From: Styela clava
Lineage: Eukaryota
Length of the DNA: 64,000 nucleotides
NCBI RefSeq assembly: GCF_964204865.1
Contig: NC_135264.1
Span: 9,238,001 to 9,302,000 of the forward strand
Direction: 5' to 3'
Shown here: piece by piece, positions 1 to 11,094 of the stretch
Position numbering within the stretch: the first letter of the stretch is position 1
How the letters are laid out: every line of letters begins with the position of its first letter
Program-made: the position numbers and the translations under genes
Notes under the pieces: model-generated
Database searches by the model: none
Told to the model about the DNA's origin: nothing
Seen by the model: only the letters and a program-made list of their open reading frames with translations

Positions 1-253
1 GCAGTTAAATCAAATACTGAGTGGCAATGCCAAGTTTTTTGGTCAAATGACTGATTCTCGAATAAAGACATTCAATTTTTTTTTTCAAATCAAAAATTTC
101 ACTGGTAAATTGATTGTAAAACTATATTCAAATGTATCTGAATATTCAATCCACTAACTCAACTAACTTAATTTTGACTGATGTATTTGGCATGTAAAAT
201 ATAGAAGGGCCAAATGTTAGGGGTTTAATCATCTTCAAATCATTTTTTTCCAG

Positions 254-486
254 GTATGCAACCCCTCATGTATTCTGTATCTGAAGCTCGTCTTGGTAAT
301 CCTTGTTGGCGTCGAGCTGGTACCAATCTATGCTATTATAAAAGTCATTTTTCAAGAAGTGCGGTTTCGGCAGGAGGGGTTAAAGGTCGTTCGTACTTCA
401 CAATGACGTTCACTGTGAATTTTACTCATAATAAAGATATCTGCTATTTTGCGTATCATTACCCCTACACTTATACTCAACTTCAA
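254..486 (+). CDS. AGTPBP1: CCP1 exon (GMQPLMYS...YPYTYTQLQ)
   Basis: Acceptor ttttccag at 253 and donor gtaaga at 487; conserved YHYPYTY motif. Confidence 0.92.
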
Positions 487-3400
487 GTAAGATATTACTC
501 TGGTTGGTTACTGGTTATTTGTCTGGTAATTATGGTCCTAAATGGTTTACTTGATTACCAGAACATACTATGGTGGATAATATTTGATTCTCATCATTTT
601 TATTTTTTTACTTTCCCTTTTTGATTGTATTTAAATTTCTTTATTCTTTTGACTCTCATTTTTATAACAAACTGAATACTGAATTTTTATCATTTTTCAT
701 TCAGGCTAAAGATTTTTCAATATTTAATATAGAGCAAGTCTTTAACATGCCTCTGTAGTTTATTGGCCATACACGACTTGTTCAGCTGCCCCTAAAATCA
801 AACTGGTTGTCTATATGTTAGCCCAATTGTCTTCTATGGAAGAGGTCATTTTTTCATGGAAATTGGGACCATATATCCAGTGGTGCAGCCAGAGATTTTT
901 CTAACCACGATAACAAATCGGCAAGATCGGAAAAATATGTATTATAACTCAATATAATCAGGCAGTTTATCTCATATTTCAATGTCCACAGATTGGGGAT
1001 ATTTCAGAGTAGTAATGTTTTTATTATGTCGTGAGAAGATGCAATTGCGAATTATATCTATGTCGAACACAATTGAATTTATATAGAAATACATTTTAGA
1101 TTCCTGTAGTTGTCATTGATGTTGGCTCTTTTAACGAAGGCTTCATGACGGCAACTGTTTCAGTAGGAAATGAGAATTCTGATTTTAAAACCACTCTGCC
1201 CTTTTTAAAGACCTGGCTGCGCCCCTGCATATATCCATACATAGTTCAATATTCTAGAATTGTTACCTATGAATAATTTCAATTTGAAATTATGAATTTA
1301 CTAAACAGATTGAACTTGGAATTTAATTAGGCATTTCTCTCATTCTATGCATTTTCTATATTCCTAATAGTTTGGTATTTCAGAAAAACAATCTGCACTC
1401 TGCACCAAATGAGGAATTTTGCAAAAAAATTTTGAACAAATTTTAAACCAAAATTCTATTCTCTTTTTTATCATTCTTTTTCCGTTTAGGCTGATCTTCA
1501 TAAGCTGGTTAGTCAAGTAGATGAAAACGAAGTTTATATTCGAGTGCAAACATTATGTCAAACTCTCGGTCAAAACAAAGTTCCTGTGTTAACAATAACT
1601 GCTCAACCTGATTTTAACGAAGGAAAGGACAACGAGGAAGCCATTGCTGAATTACGTAAGATATTTTTTTATCTTACTGTGCATACTGAAAAAAAATTTT
1701 ATTTCTGTATTTTTTAATTTTTTATTGTTGCGAACTGCGGGTCTAAGAAAGTCTGACTTTGGTCAGATGAAACAATACAGAATAAAATTTGTGACGTCTA
1801 TATACGTCTTGTGACGTCTTAAAACTTATATTTCCCATTTTTTTTATGATTTTTGTGAAATTTTCATTGTGAGTGTGAAATATGCCAAAAGTTATGAAAT
1901 AAGATATAACCAATGTTGATGCTTCAAATTACTTTCATTACAAAGTTTAAATTGGAATTTGTATAATCTTTGTTACTAATCTTAATAAGTGATGCAAGTG
2001 TCCTGTAGCACACTGACACAAATATATTCGTGTAACGTTTCATCTGACCAAAATCAGATGCTGGCATAAATAATTCAATGGCGTCTCAAAAATGTTGTGT
2101 CTAACTTGACTTACTGTTACCACTTGTTTCACTGTGCCATGTGTCTTGCTTGTACCACTTGTCCCACCTTCCCACTTGTGACACTTTTTCCACTTGTCCC
2201 ATGCGTCCTAGGTACGCCACTTATCCCATAGGTCCCATGTGTCCAACGTATCCCACATGTCCTTTGTCGAACTTGGGACAAGTGGGACATGACATTTTCC
2301 AAACACGCATAATTCAACAATATTACATATAAATATTTGTGTTAGCGTGCAGCTAGCTTCCTTGCATTATATGCATACGGATCCACCGGCGCAAAAGCAT
2401 TGAAGAAAGATAAGTATTTAGTCCCACAGAAACCGAATTTTAGGGGTCGCGAATATTACACCAATTTTGCACAAAATACTATATCTATTGTACCTTTTTA
2501 GACTTTTGATTCGAAACACAATTAAAACTAGTGCAAAACCTAAATTTCATGATTTCGACAGAATACATATGATCAGGGAATCAACTGGCTTGCCTAACCG
2601 TGTCGACTTGATGAGACCCGCAAATCGGCACGCTTCCTGTAACTGTAACTTCCTGGGTCGCTAAAAATTTGAATATGTCGGAACTCGGAAGGGGTCACGA
2701 CATTACTAGTTTGGGAAGCCGTCTTAACATACCTATATTTTTTTACTCTAGGTTCTAGGCCATACATATTCTTGAGTTCCCGTGTTCACCCTGGAGAATC
2801 TAACAGTTCCTGGACAATGCGGGGAACACTAAAATTACTTTTATCGTCAAAAAATTCAACTGATATCAACCCAAAAATGTTAGAGGTTGCTCAACAATTG
2901 AGGAGATCATTTATTTTTAAGATCGTTCCGATGTTAAATCCGGATGGTGTAATAAATGGACAGTAAGATCTTTTGTTATTTTTTTTGTGTTGTTTAAATG
3001 CAAGGGTGTCCAAAGCAAATCAAAAGTTTGAATTTATTTGTATTTATATTTGAAATTTTGAATTCTAGATTTATCTAGATTGTATCGTTTTAAGCAATTA
3101 AAAAGTGAAGAACCTTAGGATATCTTAGGATTTTACATATTTTCCCAGGGAGAGGAAAGTCGATCAGATGGCGCACAACTGCCATCGTATGGTTACCAGT
3201 TCATGTCTGGTATTGGATTAGTAGGTTACGTGAACCACCCTAAGGCAGCGAGGAGTCCAGCAATCCTCTCATACATAATTATTCCCTTCATGATTCAAAC
3301 CTGCGAACCCACATAGGGTAATCAGAAGTGTGATGGCAAGCTCTTCTCTAACGTTTAGCATGATGTGCCACACTGCCAAGCCGAACTTGCATTTTATTTT

Positions 3401-6400
3401 GAACAATGTTTAAAAAATAGAATCAGAGACTTGTTCAGAGTAGAGAAGTGAAAACACCCTTTAACAAAATAAATCCATACTGTGATTATTTCAAAGTGTG
3501 ATACAAGTAGAAAAATTAGTTTTTGAAGTTGTAGCATTTCTGGCCCCCGTTACATTATTATTAATTTAACACTATGAATAAAGTATTAAATTACAAGTTT
3601 TCGAAATTTGAAATATGGGTGAAATTTTTCATATTTTAGTCACAGATGTTCTCTCACTGGAGAAGATTTGAATAGGCAATGGACTGATCCAGATCCTGTT
3701 TTGTTTCCAACTATTTATCATACGAAAGGACTTTTACAATATCTATATTCTATTGGAAAAGGTGGTCTATTATTTTAATTCATTCTTGAGAAGAGAGAAA
3801 AGACATTTTTTCCAATTTTCAAATATGTCTAATCAATATCAAGGATACATATATTGTACGTCTAAATCAGAGGTCGGCAAACTGCAGCCTGCGGGCCGGA
3901 TCTGGATCTCAAACACTATAATCGGGCCCGCGACGCTTCACTGAATTATATTAACAAAACAACTGAATTGACAATTATATTTCTTACGTAACAGAATTTG
4001 TTTTGAGACACTAAATTATATTATAGCCTAACAAGTATATAATTTACAATCACTCGTTTAATGAGCCTATAAATTGATTATAATTATACTAAAGGCAACA
4101 AAACTTAAAAAAGTTGATAATGAATGCAAATGGTTTAATGTCGCAGAAAATATCCAAATGTCTCCGCGCGCTGCTTGAAATTTAACTGAAATCTGTGGGA
4201 AAAAATGTGATTCATTGGCCATTCCCTCGGTTTTTAACTTTCTAAAAAGATGTGCGGCCCACCAATGACTTGTAACCTTTAATTTTGGCCTGCGAACAAC
4301 AAAAGTTTGCCAACCTCTGATCTAAATTGTAAACCATTTTTGGTTTTAGCTCCCTTGGTATACTGCGACTACCACGGACATTCAAGACGTAAGAATGTAT
4401 TCATGTATGGATGTTCAAGACGGGAATCTGTCATTGCCGGAGAAAGTGATGTAATTCAAGGAGCTCCAGACGATACTGGGTATAAGGTATGTATTTTGTC
4501 TGTGAGATAATTTGACTCCCAAAAAAAATGTTTGGTTGTAGAACATTGGTTTCCAACTTTTTCAGACCCATGGACTCTTTCGATAATTTGTTTTTGAAAG
4601 GTTGACCTTTTTAAATATAATAGTCACAAGTCGTCTCTACTAGAGACATCTCCCATCAAAACTGTGCCCATAAGCGCTTTGTATTTATAGGGTGATAACA
4701 TGATGTGCCCTGTCCAATATGTTCAAAAAAACCGACTTGTTGTAAGACATAGAATTCCAAGATTCTAAACAACCATCATATATTCAGACAATTCCGAAGT
4801 TGCTCAATAAAATGGCTCCTGCTTTCTCAATGTCAAATTGTAGTTTTATTGTCGAGAAATGTAAAGAAAGTACAGCACGGGTTGTGGTTTGGAAAGAAAT
4901 GGGCGTTGCTAGGAGTTATACAATGGAAAGCACATATTGTGGCTGTGACCAGGGAAAATATAAGGTACTTGATTTCAGTTTTTAAAAAATCAAATATTAG
5001 ATATTTTGTGGATCGCAGATCTAATCTTTTTGAATAACATTTTGTTTTTCAGTAGTATTTTCATGTTTTTACCATCCTAAGCCGGTTGTTTTCAAATGGT
5101 GTTTACTAGTTGTTACAAATCTTTAGATGCGCAAATAATCAATTTATTTTGTTATATTCAGGCGGTCATCGAACCCTGTTTTCCATTTTGACCCTGCCTT
5201 AAATAAAAATTAAATTTTAGATTTTTAATTTTTTCATACCATTCTAAGATTCTGCCAGAGTCATAATTTTCAAATTGGTGGTGATAATCAAAGTCAGAAT
5301 TTCTGACAGAAACTCAAAAAGCATTAGGTTGGTTAAACACTCCCCACAGAAAATTGAAAAAGGCTTGCATATAGAATATGGTCTGGTGTTATTTACATGT
5401 CGCTGGTCATTGGATTGCCAATTGCAAATAGAGAGTCAGACATGCCTAGAACAAGTTTAAAGATGTTCATGTTCTTGTTGAACTTTGTTACTTCCCAATT
5501 AGTGAAAACGTCTGAAATACTCTCGACGTATTATACCGAAAAGAGTTCTCTGTAGGCCAAAACAAAATGAAATATTTTAAATTTGGGGGGGTATTTTTAT
5601 GCTCCCGCATTCTTCACGTGGTATTTTCACCCCTGTAATTGGTAACTAACCCTTATTGTTACAGAGTTGTCAGATTGGTACCTATGAACTTGAAGAAATG
5701 GGAATGATATTATGTGAATCATTATTACATTTGAAGAACAGAGAACGTGCAAGAAAATTGCCGCTTTATGACGGAATATTCTCCGAAGATGAGTATGTAG
5801 TTTTGTTGTTGTAGATTTTTTTGCTCGAAATATGAAATATTAGAACAGTGAATTTGCTGTTGAGCTTTTGAGAAGTTCATTTCCATAAATTTTAATAAGA
5901 TCAGGATGACATTTCAAGAAAACTCAAATTCTTTGAAAATACTGCTGGCATAAATTTACTATTGCTCTTAACAGTTAATGCCATTAGCAGTGACAGTGAG
6001 TATATTAGACATTATTAGTTAGTGTAATTTTATTTTTCTGTCAGGAAGTAAATAGTTGCTAACAGTATGAGAAGCAGAAGTCGGAACAAAAGTTTTTCCA
6101 TCATAATCATGTATTAACACCACGATGCTTCTGGCCGATTATTCTGTGTGATAGCAGACATACTCCTCAACATTCCATGAGTGTTTTTTCATCATATTGG
6201 TCGTTTCCCAGTTCTAAAATTCGAAAATATCATGAAAGATGTAATGAAGTACGTTAGCCACCATGGCAACAACCTTGATAACTTTGATAACCTTGGCAAA
6301 CCCATTGATTTAGAATATTTGAAAAAAATGCTAAAAAAAGTGTGAACTCCGGTGCTGACATGGTGTTCTAGTAAAAATATTCCTGCTATCCATCTATATT

Positions 6401-9400
6401 CATTCTCTATGTATAGAAATATGTAAATGAACATTCCATACATACACATTTCACACATATTAAATTTGGATCACACCTACAGAGGGCAAATCAAATAACT
6501 GCGATTGAATTCTTGGAATATTAAAGTGCTATGAAAATGTGTGAACTAGTTTGCACCGATGATGACATTAGCAGATATAGCAGGCGTATTTGGAGATTGT
6601 TCATGGCAACAGCTGATGACTTTGGTAGTGGCATAGAAAAAAGAAAAGGTGTTGAGTTAGTAGTATAAAAATGCTTGTTCGGATCTCAAAGTCACATTTG
6701 TATTCGATATTCCCATTCTCTCATATTGTATTCAATACAAAACCTAAATTTCAAAATGGCACCAAAGAAAGGAGGAAAGAAGGGAGCAAAGAAGGAACAA
6801 AAAGCCAACTCCAATGTATTCTCTATGTTCGATCAAACCCAAATTCAAGAATTCAAAGAAGCTTTCTCTATGATTGATGCCAACCGGGACGGTTTCATCG
6901 ACAAAATCGACCTCAAAGACACATATTCTGCTCTCGGAGTTCGAGACATCAAGATGGAAAAACTAGAAGCAATGGTATTGGAAGCACCAAGTGCTATTAA
7001 TTTCACAGTTTTTTTAAACATGCTCGCCGATAAACTTCAAGGTACTGATCCAGAAGATACTCTCGTACAAGCTTTCAAGATTCTTGATCCAGAAAATACC
7101 GGAGTAATCCACAAAGATGTTTTTTCGGAAATGTTCATGACCCAAGGAAAAAGATTTACAAAAGAAGAAATTGACCAAGTGCTTGAAATTGCACCAGTAG
7201 ATGTCGCTGGTAATCTCGATTACAAAGCACTTTGCTACGTCATAACTCACGGACAAGAAGAAGAATAAAAACATTCCTCGTTTTCACTGTTATATTTCTG
7301 ATACGGCCAAAATTTTGATTCATTAACATTTCAATATCAGCAGTTTATGTTAGAGAAAAGTAATTATTTTCAATGTTAGTGAGCTTTTTATTGAAATAAA
7401 GAATTCATAAATAGAATTGAGTTGTTTGATCGATTGAGTTTTTGAAGGGTTAACTACTTATCCTTCTTCTATGCTTTTACGTCAGCATGCGTGGGCATAT
7501 AATGCAAGGATGCTGTAGCAAAAGCTATTCTAAGTGATTCCAAGAATCTTGCCGCACTAATAATGTCAGACGTAATTTTACAACAATATAGTTGTGTTAT
7601 TGGAGCAAAAACTCTATCTGAGTCGCAAAAATTTTCAAATCGTGATACCTCCCAAGAGAGCCAACAATATTCATAAAACGCCTATCAGCTCAAGTGAAAT
7701 ATGGGGCTTTTAAGAAGATCATTTCAATACAGTTAGGATCATTTCCAGGAGAAGTCAAGTTCTTTGAAAATACCTTAGGCATAAAAATAACTATTGCTCC
7801 AGTTTATGCTATTAGCAGTAATTATAATAGGTAGTATTTAATAATAGTGTAATTTAATTTTTCTATAAGAATGTTTCAAAAAGTATGAGAAGTCGGAACA
7901 AAAATTTGTCCATTGAAATCATGTATTAACTCCGCTATATTGTTCAGCTTGACTTTCATAATAATTGATGTTTATGGCGGATTATTCCATACTTCTGTAA
8001 TGAAGTACGTTAACCTCCACGACATTGCTTTCATACTAATACTTCTTGTCAAAATTTTTGTCTCAAATTTTAAATGAATAGTTCTTGTTGAAACCTTCAT
8101 TTCAAAGTTGTAAAGTAGCTTTGACGTGCTTCTCGCTAATAATGGTGCACATATAAAGGTGCATGCATCTGAAAACAAATAACTCGCCAACTACCGGTAA
8201 TCCCATACTCGACATGGACTGGTAAATGGACGTGAGGCTGTTGTACACAGTATGATTAAGCTGTCGTATCGACTTTCCTCTTCCCTGGGATATATATATA
8301 TATGGTTCCATTACATTTGAACCCACATACATTTGCACCTGCATACTATTGCACCCATGGAAATTTTCGTTGTTTTAGGGATATTTGAACCCATACTAAC
8401 TCTAACCAATGGGTTTAGCACCCGCATAGAGATTGAACCCGCGAATATACACATGGGTTCAAATGTACGGTCACCATATATAGGTACATACCGTATATGC
8501 TCGTTTTACTGCCTGATCTGGATTAAGGGCCCGTTTGAATAGCCGCCTGTGTGAACAGAACATAAAAATAAATAAGGGCCGGTGCTTGAATAGCCGTCGA
8601 TGTAAAAGCTGATTTTTCAGTGGTAGAGAACAATAGAAAATAAGAAGCGCTTTTGTCACAACGGATTAATGTCGTCAAATATTTGTCTTCAAAGATACTG
8701 TAATTTCTGTGTATAATTTTACTTTAAAAATAACAAGTGCCCGTGCTTGAATAAGGGCCCGGTTAGTGAGTTTGGTTAAAAAATATGGGCCCGGGCTACA
8801 AAACAAGCAAATACGGTATATGAAAATTTGTCTTATGAAATGAAAAAAAAACTTGATTAAACACCGCTTAAAATTAAACAAAATATACCGAGAACTGACT
8901 TCATAACAGCATTTTGATTGTTAGAGGACTTTCACTTGACTTATGTATTTGCAACAATGCTACGAAACATTCACTTAAAGGCATCGCCATGGTATTAAAT
9001 TTTTTCATGTTTGCTATCTTGTTGAATTCACATAATATCTCTATACTTCACACAATCATTTTTTATATATGAAAATATCAAAATGAACATTCCATACATA
9101 CTCATTTCACACATTATTCGGATCACACCTCACAGAGTGCAAATCAAATCAATCCAATGAATTCTTGATATATTCAAGTGCTATAAAAATGTGTGAATCA
9201 TGTAGCACTGATGTGCGCTAAGGTTAATGACATTAGCAGTTATAACAGGCGTATTTGAAGATTGTTTATGGCAACAGCTGAATACTTTGTTAGTGACATA
9301 GAAAAAAAGAGTAGGTGTTAAGGTAGTAGTACAAAAATGCTGGTTTGGATCTCAATGTCACATTCGGATTCAATACTCCTATTCTCTCATATTGTATTCA

Positions 9401-11094
9401 ATACAAAACCGAAATTTCAAAATGGCACCAAAGAAAGGAGGAAAGAAGGGAGCAAAGAAAGAACAAAAAGCAAACTCCAATGTATTCTCTATGTTCGACC
9501 AAACCCAAATCCAAGAATTTAAAGAAGCTTTCTCTATGATTGATGCCAACCGTGACGGTTTTATCGACAAAATTGACCTCAAGGATACTTATTCAGCTCT
9601 CGGAGTTCGAGACATCAAGATGGAAAAACTAGAAGCAATGGTATTGGAAGCACCAAGTGCTATTAATTTCACAGTTTTTTTAAACATGCTTGCCGATAAA
9701 CTTCAAGGTACTGATCCAGAAGATACTCTCGTACAAGCCTTCAAGATTCTCGATCCTGAAAATACTGGAGTAATCCACAAAGATGTTTTTTCGGAAATGT
9801 TCATGACCCAAGGAAAAAGATTTACAAAAGAAGAAATTGACCAAGTGCTTGAAATTGCACCAGTAGATGTCGCTGGTAATCTTGATTACAAAGCACTTTG
9901 CTACGTCATAACTCATGGACAAGAAGAAGAATAAAAACATTCCTCGTTTTCACAGTTATATTTCTGATACGGCCAAAATTTAGATTCATTAACATTTCAA
10001 TATCAGCAGTTTATGTTAGAAAAAATTAAATGTTTTTAATGTTTAAATATGTTTTTTCAATGAAATAAAGAATCCATAAATAGAACTGAGTTGGTTTGAT
10101 CGATTGGGTCCCTGCGGGATCAGCTACTTATCTTTCTTCTATTCTTTTGCGTCGATGGATCCATGAAATATAATGCATGGATTCTGTAGCAAGAGAAGAT
10201 AGCTTCTAAGTGATTTAAGAGACTTGCTGCACTAACAATATCAGATGTAACGTTACAACAAAATAGTTGTGTTATTACACAAAAAAATCCCCGAAATTTT
10301 CAAATTGTGATACCTCCTAAGAGAGCCAATATAAAAAACCTTTCATTATACCTTCATTAATTTTCTTTTGTAGTAATGTTTCATCTGACGGAAGGGTATA
10401 CATTGGTATTGTTGTTGATTGTTTCTATGAGGACGTCTGACTTTAATTTGAAGTTGAAACGTTCAGAATAAAATTTGTGAAAGTGTGACAGTGCCTGTTC
10501 GAACCATTCATTGAAGAATATTAGGAATTTCTTCTGTTTTGATATTAAAATGCATAAAATATTTTTTTAATTCTCAGCAATCTATACAATTCCATATCTG
10601 ACGTCTCATCTGGAGATTTCCAGTCTGTCGGTTCAGAAATAAAACAAGATAACTCTGGGTCTGAACGCATGGCCCCATGCCCCACCAACTCTGACGAAGA
10701 ATTCACCCCGGATGAAGCCGACTCAATAGGTAGCTTTGATGGAACGTCAGAACAGCCGTCCGCCTCGTACTCTAGAGACGAAGCATTAATGAAAAGCTAT
10801 CCTCACGAATTTTGGGACTATAATGAATTTTGTCGTGGTTTTGGTTTTGGACCTGAAGAAGAAGGTGATTATGACATTACACCACGTGCTAATGACCCTG
10901 CGTCGACGTCATCATTACCAAATGATGACGTTGTTCATCGTAACCATGGTGATTTTTTGATACGGTCGTCATATCAAATTTGCCCTGATACAGGTAGAGT
11001 TTTATATAACGATAATGATACAGTAGATACGACATTAGTTTCTATGATGGAGAGAAATAGTATGTATGAAAAACGTAAGCAACCGAAAAGTTAA
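254..11094 (+). CDS. AGTPBP1: Cytosolic carboxypeptidase 1 (Nna1/CCP1), 3' part, spliced: join(254..486,1490..1655,2752..2962,3640..3761,4350..4486,4788..4964,5665..5792,10578..11094); 5' exons lie upstream of the window
   Basis: All introns are GT-AG and phases join in frame. The product has CCP1 motifs [26 protein letters not shown] (Zn ligands), [34 protein letters not shown] (catalytic Glu) and GTYELEEMG. Confidence 0.93.
878..1227. mobile_element. Non-autonomous hAT-type MITE (Tip100-like ends)
   Basis: TIR CAGTGGTGCAGCCAG / CTGGCTGCGCCCCTG; perfect 8-bp TSD CATATATC (870-877, 1228-1235). Confidence 0.85.
1490..1655 (+). CDS. AGTPBP1: CCP1 exon (ADLHKL...[16 protein letters not shown]...AEL)
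   Basis: Acceptor ccgtttag and donor gtaaga; LCxTL..N..P.LTIT motif. Confidence 0.9.
1752..2058. mobile_element. MITE-like inverted-repeat element; related fragments at ~10376-10500
   Basis: TCTGACTTTGGTCAGATGAAAC pairs with GTTTCATCTGACCAAAATCAGA, and the pairing continues inward imperfectly; no TSD found. Confidence 0.55.
2119..2290. repeat. Degenerate ~9-bp tandem repeat (TCCCACTTG-like) with an inverted end (GGGACAAGTGGGACA)
   Basis: Repeated ccacttgt/cccatgtg/cccacatg units. Confidence 0.6.
2752..2962 (+). CDS. AGTPBP1: CCP1 exon ([19 protein letters not shown]...[11 protein letters not shown])
   Basis: Acceptor actctag and donor gtaaga; HPGE zinc-binding motif. Confidence 0.93.
3130..3378 (-). 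mobile_element. tRNA-derived SINE copy (degenerate, internally deleted)
   Basis: Aligns to 56959-57301 (ggagaggaaag, ggttacgtgaaccacc, gaggagtccagcaatcctctc, gccacactgcc). Confidence 0.8.
3640..3761 (+). CDS. AGTPBP1: CCP1 exon ([14 protein letters not shown]...[13 protein letters not shown])
   Basis: Acceptor attttag; weak donor gtggtc required to keep the frame; DLNR motif. Confidence 0.88.
3868..4319. mobile_element. Non-autonomous hAT (Buster/Charlie-like) MITE
   Basis: TIR CAGAGGTCGGCAAACT / AGTTTGCCAACCTCTG; GCGGGCCG subterminal motifs; TSD GTCTAAAT/ATCTAAAT (7/8, nnnTAnnn). Confidence 0.82.
4350..4486 (+). CDS. AGTPBP1: CCP1 exon ([21 protein letters not shown]...DTGYK)
   Basis: Acceptor gttttag and donor gtatgt; DYHGH third zinc ligand. 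Confidence 0.92.
4788..4964 (+). CDS. AGTPBP1: CCP1 exon (TIPKLL...[10 protein letters not shown]...[17 protein letters not shown])
   Basis: Acceptor tattcag and donor gtactt; 177 nt, phase 0/0; carries the catalytic Glu. Confidence 0.92.
5665..5792 (+). CDS. AGTPBP1: CCP1 exon ([13 protein letters not shown]...SEDE)
   Basis: Acceptor gttacag and donor gtatgt (phase 2). Confidence 0.88.
6430..6670 (+). promoter_or_regulatory. Muscle-type promoter of RLC copy 1
   Basis: MCAT-like CATTCCA (~6432), T-box site TCACACCT (6471-6478), E-box AACAGCTG (core 6610-6615), AGGTGTT (~6647) and TATAAAA (6664-6670). Motifs are retained in copy 2 despite divergent flanks. Confidence 0.7.
6756..7268 (+). CDS. 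Myosin regulatory light chain, sarcomeric type (MYL2/MYL11-like), intronless, copy 1
   Basis: 170 aa from the ATG at 6756: MAPKK start, [20 protein letters not shown]-hand [32 protein letters not shown]. Confidence 0.96.
   Translation: MAPKKGGKKGAKKEQKANSNVFSMFDQTQIQEFKEAFSMIDANRDGFIDKIDLKDTYSALGVRDIKMEKLEAMVLEAPSAINFTVFLNMLADKLQGTDPEDTLVQAFKILDPENTGVIHKDVFSEMFMTQGKRFTKEEIDQVLEIAPVDVAGNLDYKALCYVITHGQEEE
7395..7400 (+). terminator. Polyadenylation signal of RLC copy 1 (paralogous AATAAA at 10064-10069 for copy 2)
   Basis: AATAAA about 130 nt after the stop, conserved in both copies and followed by GT-rich sequence. Confidence 0.6.
8304..8475. mobile_element. Short palindromic MITE inserted in a (TA)n tract
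   Basis: GGTTCCATTACATTTGAACCCA / TGGGTTCAAATGTACGGTCACC; flanks ATATATAT / ATATATAG; internal ttgcacc/ttgaacc repeats. Confidence 0.65.
8491..8816. mobile_element. Tc1/mariner-pogo-type MITE
   Basis: TA|CCGTATATGCTCGTTTT ... AAAACAAGCAAATACGG|TA; internal repeats of TAAGGGCCCG and TTGAATAGCCG. Confidence 0.78.
9085..9336 (+). promoter_or_regulatory. Muscle-type promoter of RLC copy 2
   Basis: CATTCCA, TCACACCT (~9123), AACAGCTG (core 9275-9280) and AGGTGTTA (~9313); the TATA position reads TACAAAA (9330-9336). Confidence 0.62.
9422..9934 (+). CDS. Myosin regulatory light chain, sarcomeric type, intronless, copy 2 (protein identical to copy 1)
   Basis: Same 170-aa protein; differs from copy 1 only at about 19 synonymous sites (counted by eye). 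Confidence 0.96.
   Translation: MAPKKGGKKGAKKEQKANSNVFSMFDQTQIQEFKEAFSMIDANRDGFIDKIDLKDTYSALGVRDIKMEKLEAMVLEAPSAINFTVFLNMLADKLQGTDPEDTLVQAFKILDPENTGVIHKDVFSEMFMTQGKRFTKEEIDQVLEIAPVDVAGNLDYKALCYVITHGQEEE
10578..11094 (+). CDS. AGTPBP1: Probable terminal exon of CCP1, acidic/Ser-rich C-terminal tail
   Basis: Acceptor ttctcag at 10577. A phase-2 join with the exon ending at 5792 (GA+C=Asp) reads openly into the 10669..11094 ORF. Little recognisable conservation. Confidence 0.75.

Noticed and set aside
6675-6755. N-terminal extensions of the RLC ORFs in the track (also 9392-9421)
   Set aside because: Non-ATG starts lying in the promoter or 5' UTR; the family N-terminus MAPKK begins at 6756 and 9422.
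10669-11094. Stand-alone 141-aa gene
   Set aside because: The frame is open back to the acceptor at 10577 and in phase with the CCP1 exon ending at 5792, so it is better explained as the terminal exon.
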